Positions 14,281-22,115 of a stretch of DNA of 24,706 nucleotides are shown piece after piece. The DNA comes from a virus. Taxonomy: Duplodnaviria > Heunggongvirae > Uroviricota > Caudoviricetes. The notes beneath the pieces are model-generated. The model was given only the letters and a program-made list of their open reading frames with translations, did no database searches and was not told the origin of the DNA. The position numbers and the translations under genes are program-made. Where the stretch lies: positions 307,595 to 332,300 of the IMG/VR virus record IMGVR_UViG_3300033405_000002, one strand, 5' to 3'. Within the stretch, counting starts at the first letter, position 1, and each line of letters opens with the position of its first letter.

Positions 14281-14727
14281 GTGTTCGTAATCCGTAACAC
14301 TTTTGAAGACAGCGAACTCCCCGATCTTTACGAGATTGAAAAGGAATGCTTCGCCAAGGAATTTCGCTGGACAGAACCCGTCTTTAAGAAAGCGGTCCTG
14401 CTTTCACGTAAGCACGGATTTGTCTGGGTTGCTTACATCGGAAACAAGATCGCTGGGTTTCTTCTCGCCGGAGAAGAAGACAACAAAGCCAATATTGAGA
14501 CCGTCAATATCACACGTGTCCACCGACGCAAGGGGATCGCATCAAAGTTGATCGCCGCTTGTGAGAAGGACATGAAGAAGCGCGGGTTCCCTACCATCAA
14601 GCTCGAAGTCTGGACTGAGAACCCGGCTCAACTGCTCTATTGGCAGCTTGGCTACCGGGTCTGCGGCTTCAAACGAAACTACTACAGGTTGCATGTCCAC
14701 GCGGTCAGCATGTCCAAAAAGCTGTAA
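14281..14727 (+). CDS. RimI-like GNAT N-acetyltransferase (148 aa)
   Basis: IEKECF..W, acetyl-CoA motif HRRKGIASKLI, LEVWTENPAQLLYWQLGY and RNYY are typical of the RimI-like subfamily. Confidence 0.88.
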   Translation: MFVIRNTFEDSELPDLYEIEKECFAKEFRWTEPVFKKAVLLSRKHGFVWVAYIGNKIAGFLLAGEEDNKANIETVNITRVHRRKGIASKLIAACEKDMKKRGFPTIKLEVWTENPAQLLYWQLGYRVCGFKRNYYRLHVHAVSMSKKL

Positions 14728-14733
14728 ATGTTG

Positions 14734-14739
14734 TAGAAT
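14734..14739 (+). promoter_or_regulatory. Possible -10 box giving a leaderless transcript of the methyltransferase
   Basis: TAGAAT followed by 6 nt and then ATG 14746. Confidence 0.3.
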
Positions 14740-14745
14740 AAAGGG

Positions 14746-15471
14746 ATGTCCGTGCAACTCATTCTCGGAGATTCTGTTGAAGCGATGATGACGCTCCCCG
14801 CTCACAGCGTTGACCTCATCCTTTGCGATCTCCCCTACGGAACAACTGAGTGTAAATGGGACTCGATTATCCCGTTCCCCAAACTGTGGGAAGCTTACGA
14901 TCATGTTGCGAAAGAGAATGCCGCAATCGTGCTCACCGCGTGCCAGCCATTCACTTCCGCGCTCATCATGAGCAACATCAAAATGTTCAAGAGTAGTTGG
15001 ATTTGGGTCAAGACAAATGCCACTGGTTTTGCGAATGCCAAGAAGCAACAGCTTCGCGTCTACGAAGACATCGCCGTCTTTTACAAGAAGCAGCCCGTGT
15101 ATAATCCGCAGGGGATTGTCAAACTAGCTGAGCCGCGAGTTCGCACGAAAGAGACGGGCGAGATCATGGGGCGCACAGGTTTCAAAGATGGCTACCAGCA
15201 GGAATACACGAACTACCCGAAAAATGTGCTGAGCTTTCCGTCTGAGCGCGGCTTTCATCCTACGCAGAAGCCAATCCCACTTATGGCTTATCTCATCGAG
15301 ACCTACACTAATCCCGGCGCACTCGTGCTGGATAACTGCATGGGGTCAGGCACCACCGGACTAGCATGTGTCCAAACAGGACGAGACTTCATCGGCATTG
15401 ACAACGATCCGAAGTATTACGCCATCGCTGAAGAACGGATTACGTCAGCCCTTAGCGTCGTTCGTCCCTGA
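14746..15471 (+). CDS. DNA N6-adenine/N4-cytosine methyltransferase, beta group (241 aa), orphan
   Basis: Catalytic motif IV DLPY near the N-terminus, HPTQKP, and SAM-binding motif I VLDNCMGSGTTG near the C-terminus. Confidence 0.93.
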   Translation: MSVQLILGDSVEAMMTLPAHSVDLILCDLPYGTTECKWDSIIPFPKLWEAYDHVAKENAAIVLTACQPFTSALIMSNIKMFKSSWIWVKTNATGFANAKKQQLRVYEDIAVFYKKQPVYNPQGIVKLAEPRVRTKETGEIMGRTGFKDGYQQEYTNYPKNVLSFPSERGFHPTQKPIPLMAYLIETYTNPGALVLDNCMGSGTTGLACVQTGRDFIGIDNDPKYYAIAEERITSALSVVRP

Positions 15472-15771
15472 ACCATCCGCCGTTGCCGTAGCCGTGTTTG
15501 TGTTGGCATTGGTGTTGTTCACGTTTACGTCCACAGTTGGCGCGGTAGGGGTTGGCGGATCGGGCCACTTCTGATAAACGGCGGCGTGTCCGCCCAAGAA
15601 CGCGTAGAACGCGTACAGAGAACTCACGAAACCCGGCGGCAGATCATGGCCTTTGCAGACCCACGTGAAAGTCGCGATGAAGACACCGATGGCGATTGGA
15701 ACGTGCGCATCGTTCGTCAATTTGTCCAATAATCCTTTGATTCTGTCGTGCTGTTCTTGAAAGAAGCCCAT
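15445..15771 (-). CDS. Small two-TM membrane protein, holin-like (108 aa)
   Basis: Two hydrophobic segments (VPIAIGVFIATFTWV; GFVSSLYAFYAFLGG) and a polar T/N-rich tail, with AGGGG upstream. The holin role is inference from size and topology only. No endolysin is seen in the window. Confidence 0.6.
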   Translation of the reverse strand: MGFFQEQHDRIKGLLDKLTNDAHVPIAIGVFIATFTWVCKGHDLPPGFVSSLYAFYAFLGGHAAVYQKWPDPPTPTAPTVDVNVNNTNANTNTATATADGSGTNDAKG

Positions 15772-15781
15772 AGATTTTCCC

Positions 15782-15801
15782 CTAAAAAGGGGATCGAAAG
15801 T
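15782..15801 (-). promoter_or_regulatory. Putative phage-specific (late?) promoter motif, copy 2
   Basis: ACTTTCGATCCCCTTTTTAG, starting 30 nt upstream of ATG 15771. Confidence 0.45.
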
Positions 15802-15835
15802 CTTGGAAAATCCCAGACTATGGTATTCTATTTAT

Positions 15836-15920
15836 GTGGACGGCTTGACCGAACAAGTCCCTGCCGGGGACTAAGGTGCGGCGGGTGCGCTGTAAAGCGT
15901 GGCTCGCTGGCGGTACAGTC
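15836..15920 (+). ncRNA. Candidate small structured RNA, family not recognised
   Basis: Non-coding gap preceded by TGgTATTCT (15821-15829). Stems: GGCTTG/CAAGTC, AGTCCC/GGGACT, and GGCGGG-T-GCGCT[GTAA]AGCGT-GG-CTCGCT with a GNRA loop. G-U pairs favour the + strand. Confidence 0.25.
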
Positions 15921-16188
15921 ATCTGCGGCGTAAGGTTGAAGAACCCCCGGTTGGCCAACCGGGAGGGGCGTAAGAACTCGTCAAATCGACCCATACTCGG
16001 CTGACGGCTGTATCGAGTTCGGGGTAATCAATCCCCGGCAGCATTTCAAACAGGACGGCGGTACACCGGACTGGCTGCTGACTGAACAACGCTGCGTTGA
16101 CCAAGGCTTCGATCATAGTCAGGAATTGATCGAGCTGTCCTAAAATTTGTGGCGGGCAAAAGCCCGCCATATTTTTGCTGTTGTACAC
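15919..16188 (-). CDS. Hypothetical protein (89 aa; alternative ATG at 16170)
   Basis: GC3-rich codons like neighbouring genes and AAGGTG upstream of the GTG. No recognisable motif. Confidence 0.55.
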   Translation of the reverse strand: MYNSKNMAGFCPPQILGQLDQFLTMIEALVNAALFSQQPVRCTAVLFEMLPGIDYPELDTAVSRVWVDLTSSYAPPGWPTGGSSTLRRR

Positions 16189-16212
16189 GTTTCACCTTAG
16201 AAGCGAAGTGCG

Positions 16213-16257
16213 AAGCGGCTCCCCGTTGCAACTATCCGGGTGAGCCGCTTTGTTTTT
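16213..16257 (+). terminator. Intrinsic terminator-like hairpin
   Basis: Stem AAGCGGCTC (16213-16221)/GAGCCGCTT (16242-16250) with an inner CCCG/CGGG stem, followed by TGTTTTT. Confidence 0.55.
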
Positions 16258-16268
16258 GCCTGTTTTTC

Positions 16269-16277
16269 TGCTAGACT
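16269..16277 (+). promoter_or_regulatory. Extended -10 promoter, probably leaderless
   Basis: TGcTAGACT, then 6 nt, then ATG 16284. No Shine-Dalgarno sequence. Confidence 0.45.
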
Positions 16278-16283
16278 CGATCC

Positions 16284-16688
16284 ATGGCACGCAGAATTAC
16301 AGCCTTCCAAAACGCGCTTACCGGAGAAGTTTTTTCTACGGAGGCACAGGCGCGGACTTCTGAAAACACACTCGATCTGCGCAAGCTAACTCTCCTACAG
16401 GCGCGGATCAGTTCCGGCGAATATTGGGTTCCTGAAGTGGGGGACTACATTTACGTCCCCGGAGAGCTTTACATCGACCACGGCGAAGACGATGTTGCTG
16501 GTGGATTATCGGTTGTGGTCAAGGTCAAAAAGTCCACGAGCGGCGGTGATCCGAATACGCCTTTCATCGAAGTTGCCCAAACATCAGGCAGCCGGAATTG
16601 GCGAGACTGGCTTTTTGAACAGCAAGCCGATCTGATGAAGGAATACGGAAAGAATTTTTCCTACCCTGATCCCGATGTGCGCTCATGA
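16284..16688 (+). CDS. Hypothetical protein (134 aa)
   Basis: First gene of an ATGA-coupled trio. No motif recognised. Confidence 0.75.
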   Translation: MARRITAFQNALTGEVFSTEAQARTSENTLDLRKLTLLQARISSGEYWVPEVGDYIYVPGELYIDHGEDDVAGGLSVVVKVKKSTSGGDPNTPFIEVAQTSGSRNWRDWLFEQQADLMKEYGKNFSYPDPDVRS

Positions 16689-16912
16689 CACCAGAAACAA
16701 GCGTGGTCATCACGCGAGTGTGGAAACAGTGTGTTACGATGCCGGAGCACCATTATTGGTGCTTTTATCTTTACGGGCCTGACGGCAGTTCGCGGTATTG
16801 TGGCGGAAGCTGGCGCGGGACGCAGATACTAGCAAAAGACGATTTTCCCGGCTATCCGATTTACGAAGCCTATGACCATAGCGATTTGAACAGAGATCAC
16901 CCACCAAAATGA
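16685..16912 (+). CDS. Hypothetical protein (75 aa)
   Basis: ATGA overlaps with both neighbours. Confidence 0.65.
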   Translation: MTPETSVVITRVWKQCVTMPEHHYWCFYLYGPDGSSRYCGGSWRGTQILAKDDFPGYPIYEAYDHSDLNRDHPPK

Positions 16913-17325
16913 CGCTGAACGATTTTATCAAAGCCTTCCGCGAGCTAGACCCCGTTCTTCAAGGCGCGTGCTTCTACTGTGGCGTCCAAACCCGCAAGCA
17001 AGACGCGCTCCCCCATCATGCCATTTACCAAACCCGCGATCATGTAATTCCCGTCAGTGTCAAACATTGGGATCGGTTCGTGGAGAGTCGTTGTGTTCGT
17101 TGCTGTCGGAAATGCAACTCGATCAAAGAAGACCTCACGCTGCAAGAATTCAAAATGGTCAGTGAGACCGATGAATTTTTCTGCGAGAAGCTATTAGGAA
17201 TTCGAATCGAGGCTCTCGAAGACATCGAAGAAATTACGAAACACATCCAAACTCACCGAAGAATTGAGGGGCGCAGTATCAAATTCAAGGGGAAGCCGCT
17301 ACCACGTTTAGCTGTTTCCGCGTAG
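16909..17325 (+). CDS. HNH endonuclease (138 aa)
   Basis: CFYCG...TRDHVIP...CCRKCNSIK is the Zn-bound HNH pattern. Confidence 0.85.
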   Translation: MTLNDFIKAFRELDPVLQGACFYCGVQTRKQDALPHHAIYQTRDHVIPVSVKHWDRFVESRCVRCCRKCNSIKEDLTLQEFKMVSETDEFFCEKLLGIRIEALEDIEEITKHIQTHRRIEGRSIKFKGKPLPRLAVSA

Positions 17326-17434
17326 GCCGAAGAAAATAGCGTCAAACATCTCAGAAATCGCATCAAATTACCAGAGCGAGCACGTTTTACCAGTTACCGA
17401 AGAAGGGACTATCTGTCCCTAGAAAGAAGGGCAT

Positions 17435-18652
17435 GTGGCTTTTTGGAATGATAGTGGAAGCGCAGCGAAACCAGCGGCGGTTGGAGTCACTACAGGCCCA
17501 GCAGTTAAAGGAGTCCCGGTGAAGACTGGTACGAAACAGCAGCTTGATCCTAGTCGTCGGAGTAATGACGCCCGCGAGTTCGAAGCGCAGATGCGTAGGC
17601 GCATCGTCGGGCAAGACGCAGCACTTGAAAAAGTAGCTGAGATTTATCAGATGTTTCTTGCCGGACTGAACGCGCCCGGTCGTCCTGTAGGCAACCTTCT
17701 CTTTCTTGGCCCAACAGGAACCGGAAAGACCCGCGTGGTTGAAGCGATGGCAGAAGTCCTGTTCGGTGACGCACGCGCTTGCATCAAAATTGACTGCGCC
17801 GAATTCCAACATTCCCACGAGATCGCAAAGCTCATCGGCTCTCCCCCCGGATACCTCGGACATCGCGAAACGCACCCGCTCCTGACTCAGGAAGCGTTGA
17901 ATCAATGGCACACTGAAAAGCTCAAGCTCTCGATTCTGCTCTTTGACGAAATCGAGAAATCGTCAGACGCTCTCTGGCAACTCTTGCTCGGCATTCTTGA
18001 CAAAGCAACACTCACACTCGGCGACAATCGCCGCGTGGACTTATCATCCTGCATCATCGTCCTCACATCCAACCTTGGCGCTTCAGATATGATGGCTCTC
18101 ACAGAAGGCGGCGGGTTTGGGTTCCAACCGCTCAAGCCTGTCATTGACGACAATTTTGATGAGAAGATCGGACGCACTGCGGCTGAAGCGTGCAAGAAAA
18201 AGTTCACGCCGGAGTTCATGAACCGCATCGACAAGACGGTCGTGTTCAAAACCTTGCGTGACGAGGACATGAAAGAAATTCTTGAGATCGAACTTGGTAT
18301 GGTGCAGCAGCGAATTCTGTTCGCCGTTGGCGGCAACCAGTTTGTCTTCAAAGTAGCGGATAGAGCCAAGCAAGCCTTGCTCACTGAAGGCACCGATCCA
18401 AAGTTTGGTGCGCGTCATCTGAAGCGAGCGCTGGAGCGCAACATTGTCTTCCCGCTGGCGAACTTGGTTGCGACTGCGCAGGTGAAGCTCGGTGATTACA
18501 TCGCGGTGGATTACGAAGGCGAGTATCCAAACGGCAAATACACCTTCCATAAGGAAGCTGAGGACATCGGGATTCCATCTGTCCTTGGTGCCATAGGAAC
18601 CGCCGCAGCGAGCACCCGTGCGACTACGATGCCGAAGAAACAATTTCCTTAA
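17435..18652 (+). CDS. Stand-alone ClpA/B/C D2-type AAA+ ATPase (405 aa; alternative GTG start at 17519)
   Basis: IVGQD, Walker A GPTGTGKT, pore loop GSPPGYLG, Walker B LLFDEIEK, sensor TSNLG, PEFMNRID and GAR. No N-domain or D1 ring. AAGGAG precedes GTG 17519. Confidence 0.92.
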   Translation: MAFWNDSGSAAKPAAVGVTTGPAVKGVPVKTGTKQQLDPSRRSNDAREFEAQMRRRIVGQDAALEKVAEIYQMFLAGLNAPGRPVGNLLFLGPTGTGKTRVVEAMAEVLFGDARACIKIDCAEFQHSHEIAKLIGSPPGYLGHRETHPLLTQEALNQWHTEKLKLSILLFDEIEKSSDALWQLLLGILDKATLTLGDNRRVDLSSCIIVLTSNLGASDMMALTEGGGFGFQPLKPVIDDNFDEKIGRTAAEACKKKFTPEFMNRIDKTVVFKTLRDEDMKEILEIELGMVQQRILFAVGGNQFVFKVADRAKQALLTEGTDPKFGARHLKRALERNIVFPLANLVATAQVKLGDYIAVDYEGEYPNGKYTFHKEAEDIGIPSVLGAIGTAAASTRATTMPKKQFP

Positions 18653-21544
18653 CTAGGAAATTGTCCATTCCCACCAAAGACTGGTGCCTAGTCCGCTTCC
18701 GCTGTTGTAGTTCCACACGTAAAGCCAGCCCGGAAGCACTAGGCCCCATACGTCGCAGACGGAGCCTGACGTAACTTGGTCGCACATGTAGGTGAAGCTC
18801 TCATTCGATCCAAGGAAGCGGTCGCCTCCTGAACTATTTCCACTTGCAACCTGCACCCAACGAGTAGCACCGCTGGCATTCGATATTACTTGAGTCGGCG
18901 CACTGCTTGAACTTGTTGCGTAGCGGGTGTTGAACCCGCCCGTGTTACACTGTTGCCGCGTCATAGTAACGCCAGTCCAAGTATACTCGTACCATGTAGC
19001 CAGTGTTGCACCGCTGTTTCCAGCAGAGCTAACAATATAGTAATCTCCCGGTAAAACTGGCATGAGCACATAATCCGCTGTCCCGCTGGACGGCGGGTCA
19101 TCTTCCCACACCACTGTTGTCGGTGACGAGCCAGAATCGGTGATGCCTTTCAGCGGGTTAGCTCCCCCGGTAGCTGAGCAGTTTGTGAAGGACGCTAGAA
19201 CGTACATCGGCGAGCCGCTTGTGTTCTGGTAGGTGGTTCCGGCTACGCGTGTGTTCGCTCCGCTAGGGCCCAGATCGCCCGCAACCGTAATTGTCCCACT
19301 TGCGATTGCGAATTCGCGCCACTGCGAAATTCCACCACCGCTCGGTAAGATGACTTCGTAGTAGTCGTTGTTGGGGATCATCAAAAATAGTGTGGTTGCA
19401 CCACCCGGCCCGTGCCATGCGTCACGCTGGCAGACGACATGTGTTGGTGTGGCGCTTGAATCAACATAACCAACCGCTTGCTGACCCCCGCTTGGTGCCG
19501 TCACTACAATGGCTAAGACAGTTCCTCCGGTTGTGTTTTGGTACACTGTTCCGGCTGTTCGTGAACTCGTCGTGATTGGCAATTCTGTGAATGCGTTAAA
19601 GACCCCACTGCTGGATGGCGTTTGCCAATTCGCTGCTGAGGAACTGGTCGCGGTGAGAACTTGCCCAGTTGTTGGCGCGGTGGGGCTAATTGTTATGCCC
19701 TGCAACTGGTTTGAGTTGACCACGCCGGAGCCGCTGAATGTCAGCGATGCGCCCGATCCGACCGTCATGGTAGCTGTCGTGTTTGTTCCAGTTGTGACAT
19801 TGGTAAACGTGACGGACGATCCGCCGCCTGTGACCCACTGCACACCAGTTACAGTTGAGCTAAGGACTTGTCCGCTGGTGCCAACTGAACCTGTGCTGTC
19901 TTTCAACGTTCCGGCTACGTTCAAAACGTTCGTGATCGACACCGTACCTAAGAACGTAGGTGATTGAAGTGGTGCCAGACTTGAAAGCAGCGTGCCGCTA
20001 TCCTGCACGTTGCCGTGCCCGTCACATGTGACAACATCGCCGGACGTGCCTGATGTAATGCTCCCCGCATCCGTGACCGCTGTGGTTTTACCATTCGTGC
20101 TCGATCCGGTGACCGTGACTGTGCCCGTTGTGGTGATCGGCCCGCCTGTTGCAATCCCGCTTGTGTTGACTTGCGTGACAGTTCCACCGGACGTAATTGT
20201 AGCCCACGAACCGTCGCCGCGCAGATACGTGGTGGACGATGGTGTGCCAGTCGCATTGATCTGGCTGACGGTGATTGTTGCGGCCGGAATTTGTCCTGTG
20301 GCGATGGAGCCGCTGAGGTTCGAGAAAGACGGACGCGCCGCCGTAAAAACTCCAGTGCTCGCGGTGTAACTGGTCAAGAATTCGTTCGTTACTGCGCCAA
20401 ACGTCTGAGCGAGTTGTGGCGTGCCGCTGATCTGGGAGTAGGTGTAATCGCCAGACGTGGCGATGACCGCGCCCGTGCGCCCGAAGACCGATGTGACCGC
20501 GCCGCTCGGCACAGTTGACCAAGAACCGTCGCCACGAAGGTAGGTCGTGGAAGACGGCGTGCCTGTAGCGCTGATCTGGCTGACCGTGACCGTGGCTGCT
20601 GGAATCTGCCCGGTAGAGATAGAACCGCTGAGATCGCTGAAAGCTGGCTGCGCCTGAGTGAACGCGCCGGACGTGCTGTTGTATGCGGCGATGAATTCAT
20701 GAGAGATCGCCGGGGTGTTTTGGGCTAAAGTCGGCGTCCCGCTGATCTGGGAGTAACTATAGTCACCACTTTGGGCGGTTACCACGCCAGTGCGTCCAAA
20801 TACGGAAACGACTGCCGACGATGGCGTCCCAGCCGTAAATAGGCCCGTGGCTGCGTTGTAAGCCGTCAGGAACTCGCCGGACGGCGCGGTGATGGTTTGG
20901 GGCAGGGGAGTGCTGGATGGCACGTAAGGCAGCCCGGACGGGATGTCAGCCACTACCAGAGCGCGGTAGCTTGGCGCTCCGGCCCCGCCTGAAGCGGGCC
21001 CAGCAAAGACGGCATTCTGTGCCGCATTGGACAGGCTGAAGCTGAGTGCTGGTGTTGTGGTAGCCGTGGCAACGCCTGTCGAGAACAGGGGAGACAGGTT
21101 CCCAGCCGAAAAGCTGGTCACCGTACCGCTACCGGAGCCGCCTGAGATCGTGGCTGTCCCGGTGTCCGGCGTGGTTGAATACGCCGTGTCTGTGTAATTT
21201 GCCTCGAACTGCGAGCTAGAAAGTCCGGTGGACAGGATCGTGACAGTCTTCCCGTTCAGTTCGGTTTTGGTAGTGAGGCCGTTCAGCGTGACCATCTGTC
21301 CGGCAGTAAATGTATTGGCGGCGGTGACCGTGAGAACTGAACCTGTGTTCGCCGTTGCGGTGATAGTCGCTGTCAGGTTGATAGGGATAAGCGAAATGTC
21401 CAGTTGACCATTTGCATTGGTGACAACAACCTTCCCGGCGTCCACGGTGCCGGACGAAGCCGCGATAACGCCTACCAGTTGTTGGTGAAGGGGAACGCCC
21501 GCCGTAGGGTTCGCAATCTGAATTGTTTTGAATACGTCCGCCAT
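18653..21544 (-). CDS. Tail-fibre/receptor-binding-like virion protein (963 aa)
   Basis: Very T/S/G-rich. Fibre-type motifs VxSVFGRTG, TYLRGDGSW, APLQSPTFLG and GQVLT. C-terminal repeated YQNT modules. GAGGG upstream of the ATG. The stop abuts the convergent ATPase stop. Confidence 0.8.
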   Translation of the reverse strand: MADVFKTIQIANPTAGVPLHQQLVGVIAASSGTVDAGKVVVTNANGQLDISLIPINLTATITATANTGSVLTVTAANTFTAGQMVTLNGLTTKTELNGKTVTILSTGLSSSQFEANYTDTAYSTTPDTGTATISGGSGSGTVTSFSAGNLSPLFSTGVATATTTPALSFSLSNAAQNAVFAGPASGGAGAPSYRALVVADIPSGLPYVPSSTPLPQTITAPSGEFLTAYNAATGLFTAGTPSSAVVSVFGRTGVVTAQSGDYSYSQISGTPTLAQNTPAISHEFIAAYNSTSGAFTQAQPAFSDLSGSISTGQIPAATVTVSQISATGTPSSTTYLRGDGSWSTVPSGAVTSVFGRTGAVIATSGDYTYSQISGTPQLAQTFGAVTNEFLTSYTASTGVFTAARPSFSNLSGSIATGQIPAATITVSQINATGTPSSTTYLRGDGSWATITSGGTVTQVNTSGIATGGPITTTGTVTVTGSSTNGKTTAVTDAGSITSGTSGDVVTCDGHGNVQDSGTLLSSLAPLQSPTFLGTVSITNVLNVAGTLKDSTGSVGTSGQVLSSTVTGVQWVTGGGSSVTFTNVTTGTNTTATMTVGSGASLTFSGSGVVNSNQLQGITISPTAPTTGQVLTATSSSAANWQTPSSSGVFNAFTELPITTSSRTAGTVYQNTTGGTVLAIVVTAPSGGQQAVGYVDSSATPTHVVCQRDAWHGPGGATTLFLMIPNNDYYEVILPSGGGISQWREFAIASGTITVAGDLGPSGANTRVAGTTYQNTSGSPMYVLASFTNCSATGGANPLKGITDSGSSPTTVVWEDDPPSSGTADYVLMPVLPGDYYIVSSAGNSGATLATWYEYTWTGVTMTRQQCNTGGFNTRYATSSSSAPTQVISNASGATRWVQVASGNSSGGDRFLGSNESFTYMCDQVTSGSVCDVWGLVLPGWLYVWNYNSGSGLGTSLWWEWTIS
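20186..20815 (-). repeat. Tandem 315-nt (105-aa) duplication in the fibre gene
   Basis: Units start at 20815 (AVVSVFGRTG) and 20500 (AVTSVFGRTG). Both contain YSQISGTP, TGQIPAAT and ATGTPSSTTYLRGDGSW. Confidence 0.9.
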
Positions 21545-21550
21545 GATCCC

Positions 21551-21570
21551 TCACTAAAGCGGACGAAAGT
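21551..21570 (-). promoter_or_regulatory. Putative phage-specific (late?) promoter motif, copy 3
   Basis: ACTTTCGTCCGCTTTAGTGA, starting 26 nt upstream of ATG 21544. Confidence 0.45.
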
Positions 21571-21579
21571 TCGGCTAGA

Positions 21580-21783
21580 TCACTTCGATGATGTTTTGGC
21601 TTTGTTATTGGCTAATTCTTCCCACGTCGGCCACTTTACTGAACGGTCATCCATCGGGATGAAGAAATGCTTGGGTGACTCCGATGACCAAGAGGCGGGG
21701 ACGATGCGGTCGTTGACTCCAATCGGAGTATTTCCGATCCAGAGCGCAACTTTGAAGAATCGAAGAATGTATTGATCGCTCAT
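21580..21783 (-). CDS. Hypothetical protein (67 aa)
   Basis: Restarted at ATG 21783 (MSDQYILR), an ATGA overlap with the upstream stop. Confidence 0.6.
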   Translation of the reverse strand: MSDQYILRFFKVALWIGNTPIGVNDRIVPASWSSESPKHFFIPMDDRSVKWPTWEELANNKAKTSSK

Positions 21784-22115
21784 GCTCCAGCCTTGTTCCA
21801 CGTCAGTTCACCAGTGACGCAGTACGGGCAGGAAACGGTGCCTTTGTCGCTTCGGGTGAATCTGACGTTCTGGCAACACGGACAGACACCACCGTACTTC
21901 GCCAAGAACGTTTCTCTGGTCTCAGGCGCATCTTGTATGTCGCGTTCGATACGCTGAACACAGTCCTCGATGGAGCGACTGATTTCTGCGATCACCATCA
22001 TTGGCACGCCGCCGTTAAACATGCCTTCGTTGATTCGTTGGAGATGGCGACGAGCGACCGCAAGATCGCCTTTGAGATATTCCCCCAGCCGTCCTTTTGG
22101 AGTTTCGTTTATCAT
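21780..22115 (-). CDS. Hypothetical protein with C-terminal Zn ribbon (111 aa)
   Basis: CPCC...CPYC. ATGA-coupled to the RNA ligase stop. Confidence 0.7.
   Translation of the reverse strand: MINETPKGRLGEYLKGDLAVARRHLQRINEGMFNGGVPMMVIAEISRSIEDCVQRIERDIQDAPETRETFLAKYGGVCPCCQNVRFTRSDKGTVSCPYCVTGELTWNKAGA

Noticed and set aside
15836-15920. tRNA, hammerhead ribozyme or SRP RNA
   Set aside because: No cloverleaf or TTC T-loop, no CTGANGA/GAAA core and no SRP helix-8 motif. Kept only as an unclassified candidate.
14746-17325. Restriction-modification pair (MTase + HNH)
   Set aside because: The genes are 1.4 kb apart, separated by opposite-strand genes and terminators. Orphan MTases and free HNH genes are both common in phages.
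17435-18652. clpB/clpC gene symbol or pseudogene call
   Set aside because: It lacks the N-domain, D1 and middle domain, yet has intact motifs and its own start signals, so it is a stand-alone D2 protein.
20186-20815. CRISPR array or DGR template/variable repeat
   Set aside because: It is an in-frame protein repeat with mainly synonymous differences, no spacers, no adenine-specific pattern noticed and no reverse transcriptase in the window.
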